Part shown: in pieces, positions 25,813 to 35,729 of the stretch
How the letters are laid out: every line of letters begins with the position of its first letter
Numbering within the stretch: the stretch's first letter is position 1
Assembly (NCBI GenBank): GCA_965116885.1
Contig: OZ220741.1
Location: forward strand, 3,168,001-3,232,000
Direction of reading: 5' to 3'
Source of the DNA: Candidatus Latescibacterota bacterium
GTDB taxonomy: Bacteria; Latescibacterota; UBA2968
DNA: 64,000 bases
The notes under the pieces: generated by a model
What the model was told of the DNA's origin: nothing
Databases searched by the model: none
Seen by the model: the letters and a program-made list of their open reading frames with translations, nothing else
Made by a program: the position numbers and the translations under genes

Positions 25813-27492
25813 CTAGATTGGGTTGTGTGTTTCGGGGGTATTTGCGCCTCTGTTTTGCAACTCTTCGGCGATTTCTTCCATCAGAACAGCCAGTTCAAGG
25901 ACATTTTCGCTCGTGACTGAGCCAAGAAATACACCTGTGTCTCCATCTGTGATTGGGATTACGGACAACGAATGATCCGTCATGCGCTTGAGCACGTCTT
26001 CAATTGGCTCATCGGGCTGAGCCTGCGGCAAATCTGTGCGCAACACAGTGCCCAGGCTCAGGTTTGCCCGCAAACGCGAGGACATTGCCTGCAGGCGGGG
26101 AAGCGAGACGATCCCTACAACCTCGCCGCGATCAACCACGAGATAATCCCGTTGATTTGGCACGGGCCAATCATTAATAAAATCCTCTGCCGAGAGCGTA
26201 GAATTGGGATATGTGCGCGTGCTGTCCATGACGTGGTTGACGGTAATATCCTGCATTGCGCGGCGGGCAAAAGAAAGCGGTACAGATTTCGGTAGCTTAG
26301 GTTGGTGCGTTTTCTTGGCTTTGTTGATCGCCAAGTTGATTGCTTGCGGCATCAGCATAATATAGCCGAACATCATGAGCACGAATAGCGAAAAGACATC
26401 CTTGCCGATTACGCCGTTCTCGAAGAGGACGAGGAGGAGGGCGATTTCCGCCACGCCCTTTGCCATCAATCCCGTGGCCTGGGCAAAGGGATTGTCCAGA
26501 CGCGCCATATAGGTACCGATAACGGCACCGGCGAATTTGCCCAGAGACGGGAACACGACCAACGTCGCGATGGTCGCGATTGGCAAGGTCAGAAAAGAAA
26601 GATCCAGGTGCAAACCGGCCGAAGCGAAAAAGAGCGGGACAAACAAGCCCTCTGCCGCGCTTCGCAAACCGGGCAGGACGTCTTCGTGGACCTGACGGGG
26701 CATACTCGACAGGGCCGTGCCGAAAAGCAGCGCTCCAATGGAGCCGTGCAGGTGGAGATGTTCGGCACCCACTACCATTAAGAAAAGGCTGCCGATCAGC
26801 AGCCCAAACGACAGTTCGGGTACATTTAAGACCTTCTGCAAGAAGACAATCGCATGGGGCAGTAGTCGCGCCGATATGAACCAGGCCACCACTGCAAAAC
26901 TCGTCATTTGTATCAGCAGCAAGAGCACGCTGGCAACACTCAGTTCGTATTCGTGCGTGCCAATTTCGCTGATGGAGAACCCGACCACGAGGAGGGCGAT
27001 CAATTCGGCGATGATGACTGTGGTGAATATCTCGAGGCCGATAGGTTCTTTGAAATGTCCTTTGTCGGCGAACACCTTTGCCACAAGCCCCAGGCTGGAC
27101 AGCGAGAGAATGCCAGCCAGTGCCAGTGCCTCTGTGAAATTGAGGTTGAGGGCAAAGCTGATGTTGAATAGGTTTGATGTGAACACCAAAGCGACGATGA
27201 GTGAGATGAGCACCGACACGGTGGCCGCGACAAAGAACCGTCCGCGAATCGTTGCCACAAAACTGGGGATGTCGATTTCATCGAGGCCGACTAAAAAGAA
27301 GAAGACGAAGATGCCGATGCCCAAGAACGTCTGGAGTTCTGGCGTTGGTTCGACGATATTTGTGATGGGGCCGAGCAAGGTGCCCGTGATTGTATAGGCG
27401 ACGATTGAATTTAAGCCAAAACGGTTAAACAGACCCTCGAAAATTTTGCATACGACAATGAGCAGGCCAAGGGGTAGCAGGGCGTCAATCAT
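25813..27492 (-). CDS. Cation:proton antiporter (CPA2-like) with C-terminal CBS pair
   Basis: About 12 TM helices, FVPLFFASAG, GKFAG; CBS-like VVDRGEVVGIVS and SVIPITD..FLGSVT. Confidence 0.8.
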   Translation of the reverse strand: MIDALLPLGLLIVVCKIFEGLFNRFGLNSIVAYTITGTLLGPITNIVEPTPELQTFLGIGIFVFFFLVGLDEIDIPSFVATIRGRFFVAATVSVLISLIVALVFTSNLFNISFALNLNFTEALALAGILSLSSLGLVAKVFADKGHFKEPIGLEIFTTVIIAELIALLVVGFSISEIGTHEYELSVASVLLLLIQMTSFAVVAWFISARLLPHAIVFLQKVLNVPELSFGLLIGSLFLMVVGAEHLHLHGSIGALLFGTALSSMPRQVHEDVLPGLRSAAEGLFVPLFFASAGLHLDLSFLTLPIATIATLVVFPSLGKFAGAVIGTYMARLDNPFAQATGLMAKGVAEIALLLVLFENGVIGKDVFSLFVLMMFGYIMLMPQAINLAINKAKKTHQPKLPKSVPLSFARRAMQDITVNHVMDSTRTYPNSTLSAEDFINDWPVPNQRDYLVVDRGEVVGIVSLPRLQAMSSRLRANLSLGTVLRTDLPQAQPDEPIEDVLKRMTDHSLSVIPITDGDTGVFLGSVTSENVLELAVLMEEIAEELQNRGANTPETHNPI

Positions 27493-27629
27493 AGGCAGGG
27501 TCTCATCAATTGTTGGAGATTTAACCAGTCAAGGTGGGATGAATTATACTCGTATTTGATATGAAAAATAAATCGCCTATTAAAAAAAGCAAGCCTTTCT
27601 CGCGCCCTTGCCCAGCGTTTATATAATGC

Positions 27630-27658
27630 TTGACAAGGTACATTTTTTTCGCTATCAC
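27630..27658 (+). promoter_or_regulatory. Putative sigma70 promoter of the sugar-binding protein gene
   Basis: TTGACA-17 bp-TATCAC. Confidence 0.45.
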
Positions 27659-27724
27659 ATCGTCTTGTTCACGCTGTTCGCAAACCGCCATCACATACAA
27701 CACAGTATCTCTGGAGATTGCGCT

Positions 27725-29035
27725 ATGAAGCATATATGTATTCTATTTGGCCTGATATTTCTCGTTGTGGGCTGTAAACCCGCTGAGTCGCCGACACCTG
27801 TGGAGCGCTCTATCACAATATGGTGGGCGCAGTGGGATCCCGCGGATGGGCTTCAGGAATTGGGCAATAAATTCGAACAGGAAACGGGTATTGCCGTTAA
27901 GGTCCACCAGATTCCCTGGCCGTCTTATCAGGATCAGGTCTTTCTCAATTTTGGCAATAATAAAACGGATTTTGACATTGTGATTGGCGATAGTCAGTGG
28001 ATTGGACGAGGCGCGACGCGCGGTCTTTACGTCGATCTGACCGACTGGTTGCCCACGGCAATTGATATAGACAAAATTCATCCCCGCGCCGCGCGTTATT
28101 TGTGTGAGTATCCGCCCGGTGGTGGCAAATTTTATGCTGCCCCATGCGAGACCGATGCCGTCGGATTTGTCTATCGCAAGGATTGGTTTGAAGACCCTGC
28201 TGAGCAAGCGGCATTTAAAGAAAAATACGGGCGGGATCTGACGATTCCCGACAATTGGGATGAATTCCGCGATCTGGCTGAATTTTTCCATCGTCCCGAT
28301 CAGAAACAATACGGCTGCGCTTTGCTCACAGGCCGAGGGTATGATTCGATGACGATGGGTTTTCAGATGTTTATGTGGGGTTTTGGAGGCTCGTGGGGTG
28401 AGTTTGGCGAGTTTGCGGTGGATGGGTATGTCAATAAACCGGAAGTGGCAGAAGCCCTTGCGTATCTGAAAGAGTTGCTACAATACGGTCCCAATGGCGC
28501 GACAAATTTCGACTATGGCAAAACCTTCGAGGCATTTATCAATGGTTCGACGGCTATGAGCATGAATTATTTCGCCTTTTATCCCGGTATTGTGAAACAG
28601 ATGGGGGACAAGGCGGGGTTTTTTATGGTGCCCAAAGCTGGCGACAAGCGCGTGGTGAGTCTGGGGGGGCAGGGGTTCAGTATTTCGACCAAAACATCCG
28701 CAGAGCAACAAGAACTGGCCAAGCAATTCATCGCGTGGTTCTTGCAAACGGATATTCAAAAAGAATGGATTACCAAAGATGCCGGATTTACCGCCAATAC
28801 GGATATTCTCAATAGCGAAGAATTTCGAAACGCATCTCCGTACAACCGCGCTTTTGCAGAGTCGCTCGATTATCTTCAGGATTTTTGGAATGCGCCTGTC
28901 TATAACGAGTTGCTCGCGGTTTCACAGCGCTATTTGGGCGAAGCGATTGACGGGGTTACGCCAGCGCAGGAAGCCCTTGACAAAATCGCTGCCGAACACG
29001 AGCAGATTTTCAAAGATGCCGGTTTGTTGAAGTAA
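27725..29035 (+). CDS. Sugar ABC transporter substrate-binding lipoprotein
   Basis: Lipobox VVGC; FEQETGIAV, YRKDWF, PDNWDEF, LGGQGFSI. Confidence 0.85.
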   Translation: MKHICILFGLIFLVVGCKPAESPTPVERSITIWWAQWDPADGLQELGNKFEQETGIAVKVHQIPWPSYQDQVFLNFGNNKTDFDIVIGDSQWIGRGATRGLYVDLTDWLPTAIDIDKIHPRAARYLCEYPPGGGKFYAAPCETDAVGFVYRKDWFEDPAEQAAFKEKYGRDLTIPDNWDEFRDLAEFFHRPDQKQYGCALLTGRGYDSMTMGFQMFMWGFGGSWGEFGEFAVDGYVNKPEVAEALAYLKELLQYGPNGATNFDYGKTFEAFINGSTAMSMNYFAFYPGIVKQMGDKAGFFMVPKAGDKRVVSLGGQGFSISTKTSAEQQELAKQFIAWFLQTDIQKEWITKDAGFTANTDILNSEEFRNASPYNRAFAESLDYLQDFWNAPVYNELLAVSQRYLGEAIDGVTPAQEALDKIAAEHEQIFKDAGLLK

Positions 29036-29064
29036 TCATAACTCAAAAAGGAAAGTACAATTCT

Positions 29065-30099
29065 ATGTCCTCTTTCAAAACGCCTGAAGACATCAAGGTG
29101 GGTGTTATCGGCTACGGCGGCGCATTCAATATGGGCCGTCAGCATCTCACATTTATGAAAAAGGCGGGTATGACGCCTGTTGCGGTTGCAGAACTCGACG
29201 AAAAGCGCTTGAAAGTCGCGCGCGAAGAATTTCCCGGTATTGAGACCTATACTTCTGTGTCTGCTATGCTGGACAAATCCGGTGTCAATCTCGTTGTGAT
29301 CATCACCCCACACAATACCCATGCCGAACTGGCATTGCAATGCCTGCGCGCAGGGCGCCATGTCATCAGCGAAAAACCGCTGGCGATCACGACTGAGGAA
29401 TGCGATGCGATGATCCGTGAAGCCGCAAAGCAAAACCTGCTTCTTTCTACTTATCACAATCGCCATTGGGATGGGTGTATCCTGAATGCCCTTGAACAAA
29501 TTCACTCGCGCAAGGTTATTGGCGAGGTCTATCGCATTGAAGCCCATATGGGTGGATATAATCGACCGGGCGACTGGTGGCGCAGTAGCAAGAGCATTTC
29601 TGGGGGTATCCTCTACGATTGGGGTGTTCATCTGCTCGAATACTCGCTTCAGATTCTGCAATCTGATATTGTGGAGGTCACCGGGTTCGCGCACACCGGT
29701 TTCTGGGCTGATGAGACCCCCTGGCAGGCGGATACCAATGAAGACGAGGCCACGGCTATTGTGCGTTTCAAAAACGGGACATGGATCAATCTCACGATGT
29801 CGAGTATCGCATCTGCACCCCGCAAGGGCTGGCTCGAGATTACCGGTACGGCCGGTACTTATATTTTTGATGGTGGGACGTACGAAATTTTGCAGATGAA
29901 AGATGGGGAAAAGGTTGTCTCCTCTGGTAAGAATCCCGGTCACCAATACGATAAATACTACGATAATATTGCCGCGCATCTCTCGACGGGTGAAGACCTG
30001 ATTATCACGCCCGAATGGTCTCGCCGCCCTATTCACATCCTGGACCTTGCCTGCAAAAGCGCGGCGATGGGACAAACGCTCCGGGCGAAGTACGCATGA
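29065..30099 (+). CDS. Gfo/Idh/MocA family oxidoreductase
   Basis: GVIGYG, TPHNTH, HVISEKP, HNRHWD, GGILYDWGVH. Confidence 0.9.
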   Translation: MSSFKTPEDIKVGVIGYGGAFNMGRQHLTFMKKAGMTPVAVAELDEKRLKVAREEFPGIETYTSVSAMLDKSGVNLVVIITPHNTHAELALQCLRAGRHVISEKPLAITTEECDAMIREAAKQNLLLSTYHNRHWDGCILNALEQIHSRKVIGEVYRIEAHMGGYNRPGDWWRSSKSISGGILYDWGVHLLEYSLQILQSDIVEVTGFAHTGFWADETPWQADTNEDEATAIVRFKNGTWINLTMSSIASAPRKGWLEITGTAGTYIFDGGTYEILQMKDGEKVVSSGKNPGHQYDKYYDNIAAHLSTGEDLIITPEWSRRPIHILDLACKSAAMGQTLRAKYA

Positions 30100-30159
30100 T
30101 ATGTGCAGCCTGATCTGTAGATAGACCCGACTTTTTTAGTTTGGAAGAAAGGCGCCAAA

Positions 30160-30408
30160 ATGGATAAGACGTTTTCTTATTTAGAGATGCTGTCGCGAGA
30201 AACGGATAAGTCCGAGTCTGAGGTAATGACCATAGCGTTTCAGAAGGGGGTTCAGCAAATGTGGCGGGAACGCATCTTGGGACGCTATTTGCAAAAACAG
30301 ATCACTCGCGATGAGGCCATAGAAACCGTGGGTGTGGATTGGGTGGAATTAGCAGAGCGCCAGCACGAGGCGATGATGGAGGATATCGCGTGGGCCTTGG
30401 AAAAGTAG
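30160..30408 (+). CDS. Putative antitoxin (UPF0175-like small protein)
   Basis: 82 aa; YLQKQITRDEAIE helix motif; overlaps the downstream PIN gene. Confidence 0.55.
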   Translation: MDKTFSYLEMLSRETDKSESEVMTIAFQKGVQQMWRERILGRYLQKQITRDEAIETVGVDWVELAERQHEAMMEDIAWALEK

Positions 30409-30890
30409 AACGTGCTGTTGCTGATGCGGGTCCTCTGATTCACCTTTACGAGGTGGGGCATACCAATCTACTAAACTTATTTGATATGCTTTACATACCT
30501 GATGCTGTGTGGGCAGAAAGTGTTGGCAAAAGCAGAATTCCTCCCCTATCTCTCGCTAATGTACAACGTCACACTGTTGCAGGTATCGATATCGAGCACT
30601 TTGTGCAGAAGCATTCGCTGAGCAATTTACATGCAGGTGAGCGAGAAAGCCTTTTTCTTTGCCAACAGTTAGCGGTTCCCCTTCTACTGACAGACGACCT
30701 GGCCGTTCGGGATGCGGCCAAGCGATTACAAATACGTCCCGTAGGCTCATTAGGCATTGTCGTCAGAGGATATAGAGAAGGCCATCTGACACGTTCTGAA
30801 GCTGAGCAAACCCTCGTGGCACTACATGAGGAGAGTAGCTTGTTCGTGACCCAAACCATCGTGGAGATTGCCATCGGGCAGTTGGTCTAA
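30390..30890 (+). CDS. PIN-domain protein (DUF3368-like), putative toxin
   Basis: VADAGPLIHL, IPDAVWAE, LHAGERES, LLLTDDLAVR, GSLGI; GTG start after GGAGG. Confidence 0.8.
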   Translation: MGLGKVERAVADAGPLIHLYEVGHTNLLNLFDMLYIPDAVWAESVGKSRIPPLSLANVQRHTVAGIDIEHFVQKHSLSNLHAGERESLFLCQQLAVPLLLTDDLAVRDAAKRLQIRPVGSLGIVVRGYREGHLTRSEAEQTLVALHEESSLFVTQTIVEIAIGQLV

Positions 30891-30942
30891 TTGATTCGAT
30901 ATGGTCAATCAAGCCAATCCGTAGAGTATATTGTAAATCGCG

Positions 30943-30992
30943 AAAAAATAAAAACGGCCCATGTTTCTCAACACAGGCCGATTTCGTTTTTT
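30943..30992. terminator. Probable bidirectional terminator
   Basis: A-run, CGGCC...GGCCG stem, T-run between convergent genes. Confidence 0.5.
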
Positions 30993-31001
30993 ATTACTGG
31001 A

Positions 31002-31724
31002 CTAAATGCCCATCCGCTTTGGGAATACTGTTACCCCCCAATTCACATACCGATCTCGTTCCTCAGGTGTCTCGGCGCTCATACCTACTTTTACAGGTGT
31101 GTCTTTTACCTGGTCGAGTACGTGTTTTACGCAGTCTTCCACCGTTCGATATGGAAATTGGGGGTGCGCCTCAATGCTGAACAGCAGATCGTTTGGTCCA
31201 AAGTTCAATACATCCACCCCTGGCTTAGCTAACTGCGCGGCGTTGATTACGGCTTCGACAGATTCAATTTGAATTGCCAGCCATCCGTACGCATTCCACC
31301 AGGGAGCGTATTCCAACCGGTCTGGCCGCTCGTCCAGTCCAACCCGATGTACGCCACCCCAACTGCGCTTGCCCATTTGGGGATAATAAAAGGCGTTCAC
31401 GGCTTCATCTACAATCGACTCACTTTCTACTTCAGGCACCATAATTCCCGAAGGTCCCAAATCGAGATAATTGCCGATCAGATAGGCGTGGCGGGTGTGC
31501 TTAATCCGGATCTGAACGGGTAAATTCAATTCCCGGGCCATTATGCAGAAAGCTACCAGTTGGGCTTCGTTAAAAGGCCCGTGTTGTGCATCTACATTTA
31601 GATAGTCACATTCGTGTTTTGACAGAATATCTGTTAGCTCACCTTTTTCAATATCCATTGGCACGCCAATAGAGTTTACAATTTCACCATTCCGAATCCG
31701 CTGTTTTAGAGTTTGTTTCGACAT
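31002..31724 (-). CDS. HpcH/HpaI aldolase family protein
   Basis: DAQHG, YLDLGPSGIMVPEV, YYPQMGKRS, QIES, GPNDL. Confidence 0.85.
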   Translation of the reverse strand: MSKQTLKQRIRNGEIVNSIGVPMDIEKGELTDILSKHECDYLNVDAQHGPFNEAQLVAFCIMARELNLPVQIRIKHTRHAYLIGNYLDLGPSGIMVPEVESESIVDEAVNAFYYPQMGKRSWGGVHRVGLDERPDRLEYAPWWNAYGWLAIQIESVEAVINAAQLAKPGVDVLNFGPNDLLFSIEAHPQFPYRTVEDCVKHVLDQVKDTPVKVGMSAETPEERDRYVNWGVTVFPKRMGI

Positions 31725-31738
31725 GACACACCTCGCGT

Positions 31739-32842
31739 TTAGTCCAGGTTGTAGAGTTCCCGGGCATTCTCTCCCATAATTTGTTTTTTAACGTCTTGAT
31801 CCGATACATGGCTCAGTGCCTGGTCGGGCGAATCAAAGTCCCAGTGCGGATAATCGGTCGCAAACATCAGTTTATTGTCCATGTCCATGTGCGCCAGCAT
31901 CTGCTCGAAATACGCCGGGTCTGAAGGTTCTTCTACGGGCTGTGTGGTCAGATAGAAATGATCCCGGATATATTCTGAGGGCAGGCGCTTTAAATAGGGC
32001 ACTTCCATCTTGAGTTTTCGGTACCAGTTGTCCATTCGCCACATCAAAGGTGCGACCCATCCGAAACCGCCTTCGATTAGAACGATTTTTAAGCCGGGAA
32101 ATTGCTCAAAAACGCCTTCGTACACATAGCTCGTTACCTGTGCCTGAAACGCCATGGGCATCCCCCCGTGGTCCTGAATATAATGCGCCGCCTTGCCCGC
32201 GCCCGTAATCGGGCCAATACCCGTGCCACCAAAGTGAATGCCGATGGGGAGGTCGTAGTCAACGGCTGCCTCGTAAATTTTCCAGTATTTACGGCGGCCC
32301 AGTGGCTCCATTGTGCGGGCCATGAACATCAGTTGTACAAATCCCGGGTGATCGCCCAGGCGTTCAATTTCAGCGACGGCGAGATCGGCGTCTTCATACG
32401 CGACAGTTAGGGATGCGCGCAATCGCTCATCTTTTTCCAGCCATTCTGCTATTTGCCATTCATTAACCGCTTGTGCAATCGCCGCTCCGTATTCCAGGTT
32501 TTGCTGTCCTCCAGCAGGCGATAGCGGGTTCAATATGCCGTAGTCCATTTCCCAGGTGTCCAGCAATTGTTCCTGCATAAAGCCCAGATGCGACCCAGGG
32601 GGTCCTTCGGGGGGGAATGCATCGTTTCGCGCTGCAAAGGGCACAGCTCTCGGACAATTGGACCCGGATCGTCTGCGCCCTGCAATGCTCAAATGATAAT
32701 CCTTCCAGGCACTGGGCATATAATCTACCCAGACCTCAGTGGCGGGGGATTGGTATCCATCTACATTGTGAATATCGCAATCGATTACCGATAGCTTTTC
32801 TCTTTTTTTGATCTCTGGCTTTTCTAAAAGCGTCATTGCCAT
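31739..32842 (-). CDS. Amidohydrolase_2 family protein (AibH2/PtmU3-like)
   Basis: IDCDIH, NEWQIAEWL, IGIHFG, LIEGG, TTQP, ATDYPHWDFD. Confidence 0.85.
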   Translation of the reverse strand: MAMTLLEKPEIKKREKLSVIDCDIHNVDGYQSPATEVWVDYMPSAWKDYHLSIAGRRRSGSNCPRAVPFAARNDAFPPEGPPGSHLGFMQEQLLDTWEMDYGILNPLSPAGGQQNLEYGAAIAQAVNEWQIAEWLEKDERLRASLTVAYEDADLAVAEIERLGDHPGFVQLMFMARTMEPLGRRKYWKIYEAAVDYDLPIGIHFGGTGIGPITGAGKAAHYIQDHGGMPMAFQAQVTSYVYEGVFEQFPGLKIVLIEGGFGWVAPLMWRMDNWYRKLKMEVPYLKRLPSEYIRDHFYLTTQPVEEPSDPAYFEQMLAHMDMDNKLMFATDYPHWDFDSPDQALSHVSDQDVKKQIMGENARELYNLD

Positions 32843-32854
32843 AGCGATATCTCC

Positions 32855-33922
32855 TCACAATTTGTAAAACGCGCGTGCATTTTCTCTCAAAATTTTTTCC
32901 AGTAGCGAATCGGACAGCCCTTTTGGAATGGCGTCATCCGGCCCGTCAAAATGCCAGTGCGGATAATCGGTCGAAAACATCAGTATTTCATCCGAGTCCA
33001 GTTGTCCAATCATTTGCAACAGGTGTTCGGAGTTTATGGGCGCGTCCATTGGTTGTAGTGTCATCCGAATGTGTTCTCGCACGTAGTCCGATGGCGGTCG
33101 CACGACCCAGGGGGTGTCTCGGCGCAGACCTTTCCACTCTTTGTCCATGCGCCACATCCAGGCAGGCATCCAGACAAATCCACTTTCGATTAACACCACC
33201 CGCAATTCGGGAAATCGCGCAAACGCACCTTCTGAGATCAGGCTCAGGACTTGTGCCTGAAAAATCTGCGCCATATCGGCACATTCTTCAATATAGGTCG
33301 AAGGCCAGCCCACGGGTGTGGGGGGAAGCGATGAAGCGCCGCCAAAATGAATGCCAATTGCCAGGTCGTGCTTTACTGCTGCCGCGTACATCGGATTGTA
33401 TTCGCTTTTTCCATATAGAGAATAGGAGCGAACAGGGAGTATTACCTGGACGAAGCCGGGATGATCGCCAAAGCGTTCAATTTCTCGCGCGGCGAGGATG
33501 GGATTCTGGCTGGGTACGACCAATGAAGCGCGGAGACGCGCGTCTTTCTCCAGCCAGTGATCGATCTGCCACTGGTTGACCGCTGTTGCAAGCGATGCTG
33601 CGAGGTCTTCGTTGTGTACGCTTTGCACCCAGTAGCCACAGGTCAAAATCCCCACTTCTACATTCCATGGGTCGAGTACCTGTTTTTGCGTTAGTTCCAG
33701 ATTGGAACCCGGGGGACCATTTGCGGGTCGAGTACCTTTCCGCGCAGATGTGGGTGCGCCACCCGGATAATCATTCGCGCCGGGACCCCGAAAATGGGAT
33801 TCGCGAATATACGCGACCCAGTGGTCTTCCAGATATGGGACAAGGGTTTCCAGAGAGGCAAACGCATTGTGAATGTCGCAATCGATAACGGGGCGGCCGA
33901 GCCCTGTAAAATCAGCGGTCAT
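32855..33922 (-). CDS. Amidohydrolase_2 family protein (paralog, AibH1-like)
   Basis: IDCDIH, NQWQIDHWL, IGIHFG, LIESG, STDYPHWHFD. Confidence 0.85.
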   Translation of the reverse strand: MTADFTGLGRPVIDCDIHNAFASLETLVPYLEDHWVAYIRESHFRGPGANDYPGGAPTSARKGTRPANGPPGSNLELTQKQVLDPWNVEVGILTCGYWVQSVHNEDLAASLATAVNQWQIDHWLEKDARLRASLVVPSQNPILAAREIERFGDHPGFVQVILPVRSYSLYGKSEYNPMYAAAVKHDLAIGIHFGGASSLPPTPVGWPSTYIEECADMAQIFQAQVLSLISEGAFARFPELRVVLIESGFVWMPAWMWRMDKEWKGLRRDTPWVVRPPSDYVREHIRMTLQPMDAPINSEHLLQMIGQLDSDEILMFSTDYPHWHFDGPDDAIPKGLSDSLLEKILRENARAFYKL

Positions 33923-33943
33923 ATTTTTCTCTTCGGGATGTGA

Positions 33944-35575
33944 TCATTGCGAGACGCCGCCGTGTGCGTCAAAAAAATCGAAAATAGACGGTAGGGCTGT
34001 GTACCATATCGTGTTGTGCGTATCGTCGGGATATTCGGTATAGGTGAAATTTGTCATATACTTTGCCAGCAGTTTTGCGGTGCGTCGCGCGGGTTCTGCC
34101 AGTGCGACCATGTCCTTTGCGCCTTGTGAAAATAGCACGGGTAGATCGGCATGCGGTTTGACGTGTCTCGATCTTACCCATCGTCCGCTGGCCGCGATTG
34201 GCGCGATGGCGGCGAATTTTTCGGCATGTCTCAATCCCAAAATCCAGGTACCGCCTCCGCCCATCGAATGTCCGGTGAGGTACACGCGCTCTGGATCGAT
34301 ATTGTAGATGGATAATACGCGATCCAACACATCCATGACATCTTGCCCGCCAATTCCGCGATACCCTGTAAAAGGCCCGCGTCCACTCGGCGCGACAAGT
34401 AAATATCCGCGTTCTTGTGATAGACGCTTACACAGGTTCTCCGTTTCGCCTCTTCTGCGCCGGTCCAACCAGGTGTTTTCGCTGCCAGAAGCGCCGTGAA
34501 GACCAATGATCAGCGGCCATGATTGATCCGGTGTATAGCCCTCTGGCACAAATATGCGATAGGGTACGAGTTGGCTGTCAACTGCTGAGCGATACGCGAG
34601 GTGAAAGTCGCCAGTGCTTTTCTTCAGGGGGTCTTTTCCCGCCAAAAGTGCCGAAGATAGGGTTTCGGCGAGATCGATGTCTGCCGGTATGTTAATCGCG
34701 CCGCGCCAGGTCAATCCTCTGCCACCACCGCGGTATTTCATGACCATAGGTTGCGCTGTTCGCCTGAGATCTCCCACGTATTTGGCGCGCATTTCCTCGA
34801 GGTGCGCGACGATATATTCGATTGTTTCAACGGCTACCCGCTGGGTCGTACCAAGGGAAGCGATATTCTCACTCTGCAAGGTTTTTAGCCGCGTTTGCAA
34901 AATTTTCAGGCGTGAAGACATTGTGTCTGTATGCAAAAAAGCCCGCGTGACTCTCAGCAGAAGTTTGCCCGCTGGATCGCGCAATTCATAGCGCACGCCT
35001 GCGCGTCCTTCGGGCAAACCCGCTGTTGATAAGGCGCTATCGAAAGCGCGGACAGACGAAATTGGTAATGTGTGCTCGTCAACTACGCCCTTCGTTCCTC
35101 GTAGCGATAGCCGCGCCGTATATTCGCCTGAAAGCGGCTGTCCCAGGGTAAAGAGGGGTTTCAGTTGTACGTGAAGTGTGTCGTCTGTGTTCGTGATGGT
35201 GCGATTTAATACCAGGTTGTAGCTTGCAGCGAGTTCTGTACCTTCGCCAGAGCTACTGTCTCGCGTCATTGCCATAAAGCGTATAAACAGGCGATAGGCG
35301 CGATAGTTGTCTTTTTTTTCAAAAGCAGCAAAAGCTGAATCAGATAGTGTCTGGAGGTTGGGCGGTACGCCCTCATCTGTTTCTTTCAGGCGGTTCAATG
35401 TAGAACGCGTGACCACTGTAAATGCGCGGGCATCTTCCCAGGCGATATCGCCGAGTTGCTCGCCTTCGAGTGTGGTGATAGAGGGCTGGGCATGGCCTCT
35501 TACACAGGTTCCTATTATACAAATGACACATATCGAGGCGTATTTAAAAAGAAGATGTGGGAAAGAGATGGGCAT
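33944..35575 (-). CDS. Exported alpha/beta-hydrolase (esterase/peptidase-like) with N-terminal extension
   Basis: Signal-like N-terminus; PLIIGLHG, YLTGHSMGGGG nucleophile elbow, GAKD, H near the C-terminus. Confidence 0.8.
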   Translation of the reverse strand: MPISFPHLLFKYASICVICIIGTCVRGHAQPSITTLEGEQLGDIAWEDARAFTVVTRSTLNRLKETDEGVPPNLQTLSDSAFAAFEKKDNYRAYRLFIRFMAMTRDSSSGEGTELAASYNLVLNRTITNTDDTLHVQLKPLFTLGQPLSGEYTARLSLRGTKGVVDEHTLPISSVRAFDSALSTAGLPEGRAGVRYELRDPAGKLLLRVTRAFLHTDTMSSRLKILQTRLKTLQSENIASLGTTQRVAVETIEYIVAHLEEMRAKYVGDLRRTAQPMVMKYRGGGRGLTWRGAINIPADIDLAETLSSALLAGKDPLKKSTGDFHLAYRSAVDSQLVPYRIFVPEGYTPDQSWPLIIGLHGASGSENTWLDRRRRGETENLCKRLSQERGYLLVAPSGRGPFTGYRGIGGQDVMDVLDRVLSIYNIDPERVYLTGHSMGGGGTWILGLRHAEKFAAIAPIAASGRWVRSRHVKPHADLPVLFSQGAKDMVALAEPARRTAKLLAKYMTNFTYTEYPDDTHNTIWYTALPSIFDFFDAHGGVSQ

Positions 35576-35729
35576 AAGTATCGCCTTTTTCTGAGTCAAT
35601 AAATCATTTGACAAAATAAGTTGCTATTGGGAAAAATGCAAGGCTAAGGAACAATTCCGACTTGTGCGATACGGAATCCCACTTTATCATGGTCTCTACT
35701 ATTGCCAATCTTATGCAAAGGAGAAAATA

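Noticed and set aside
28930..30075. 381-aa antisense ORF
   Set aside because: Opposite a well-supported Gfo gene; typical codon-bias shadow.
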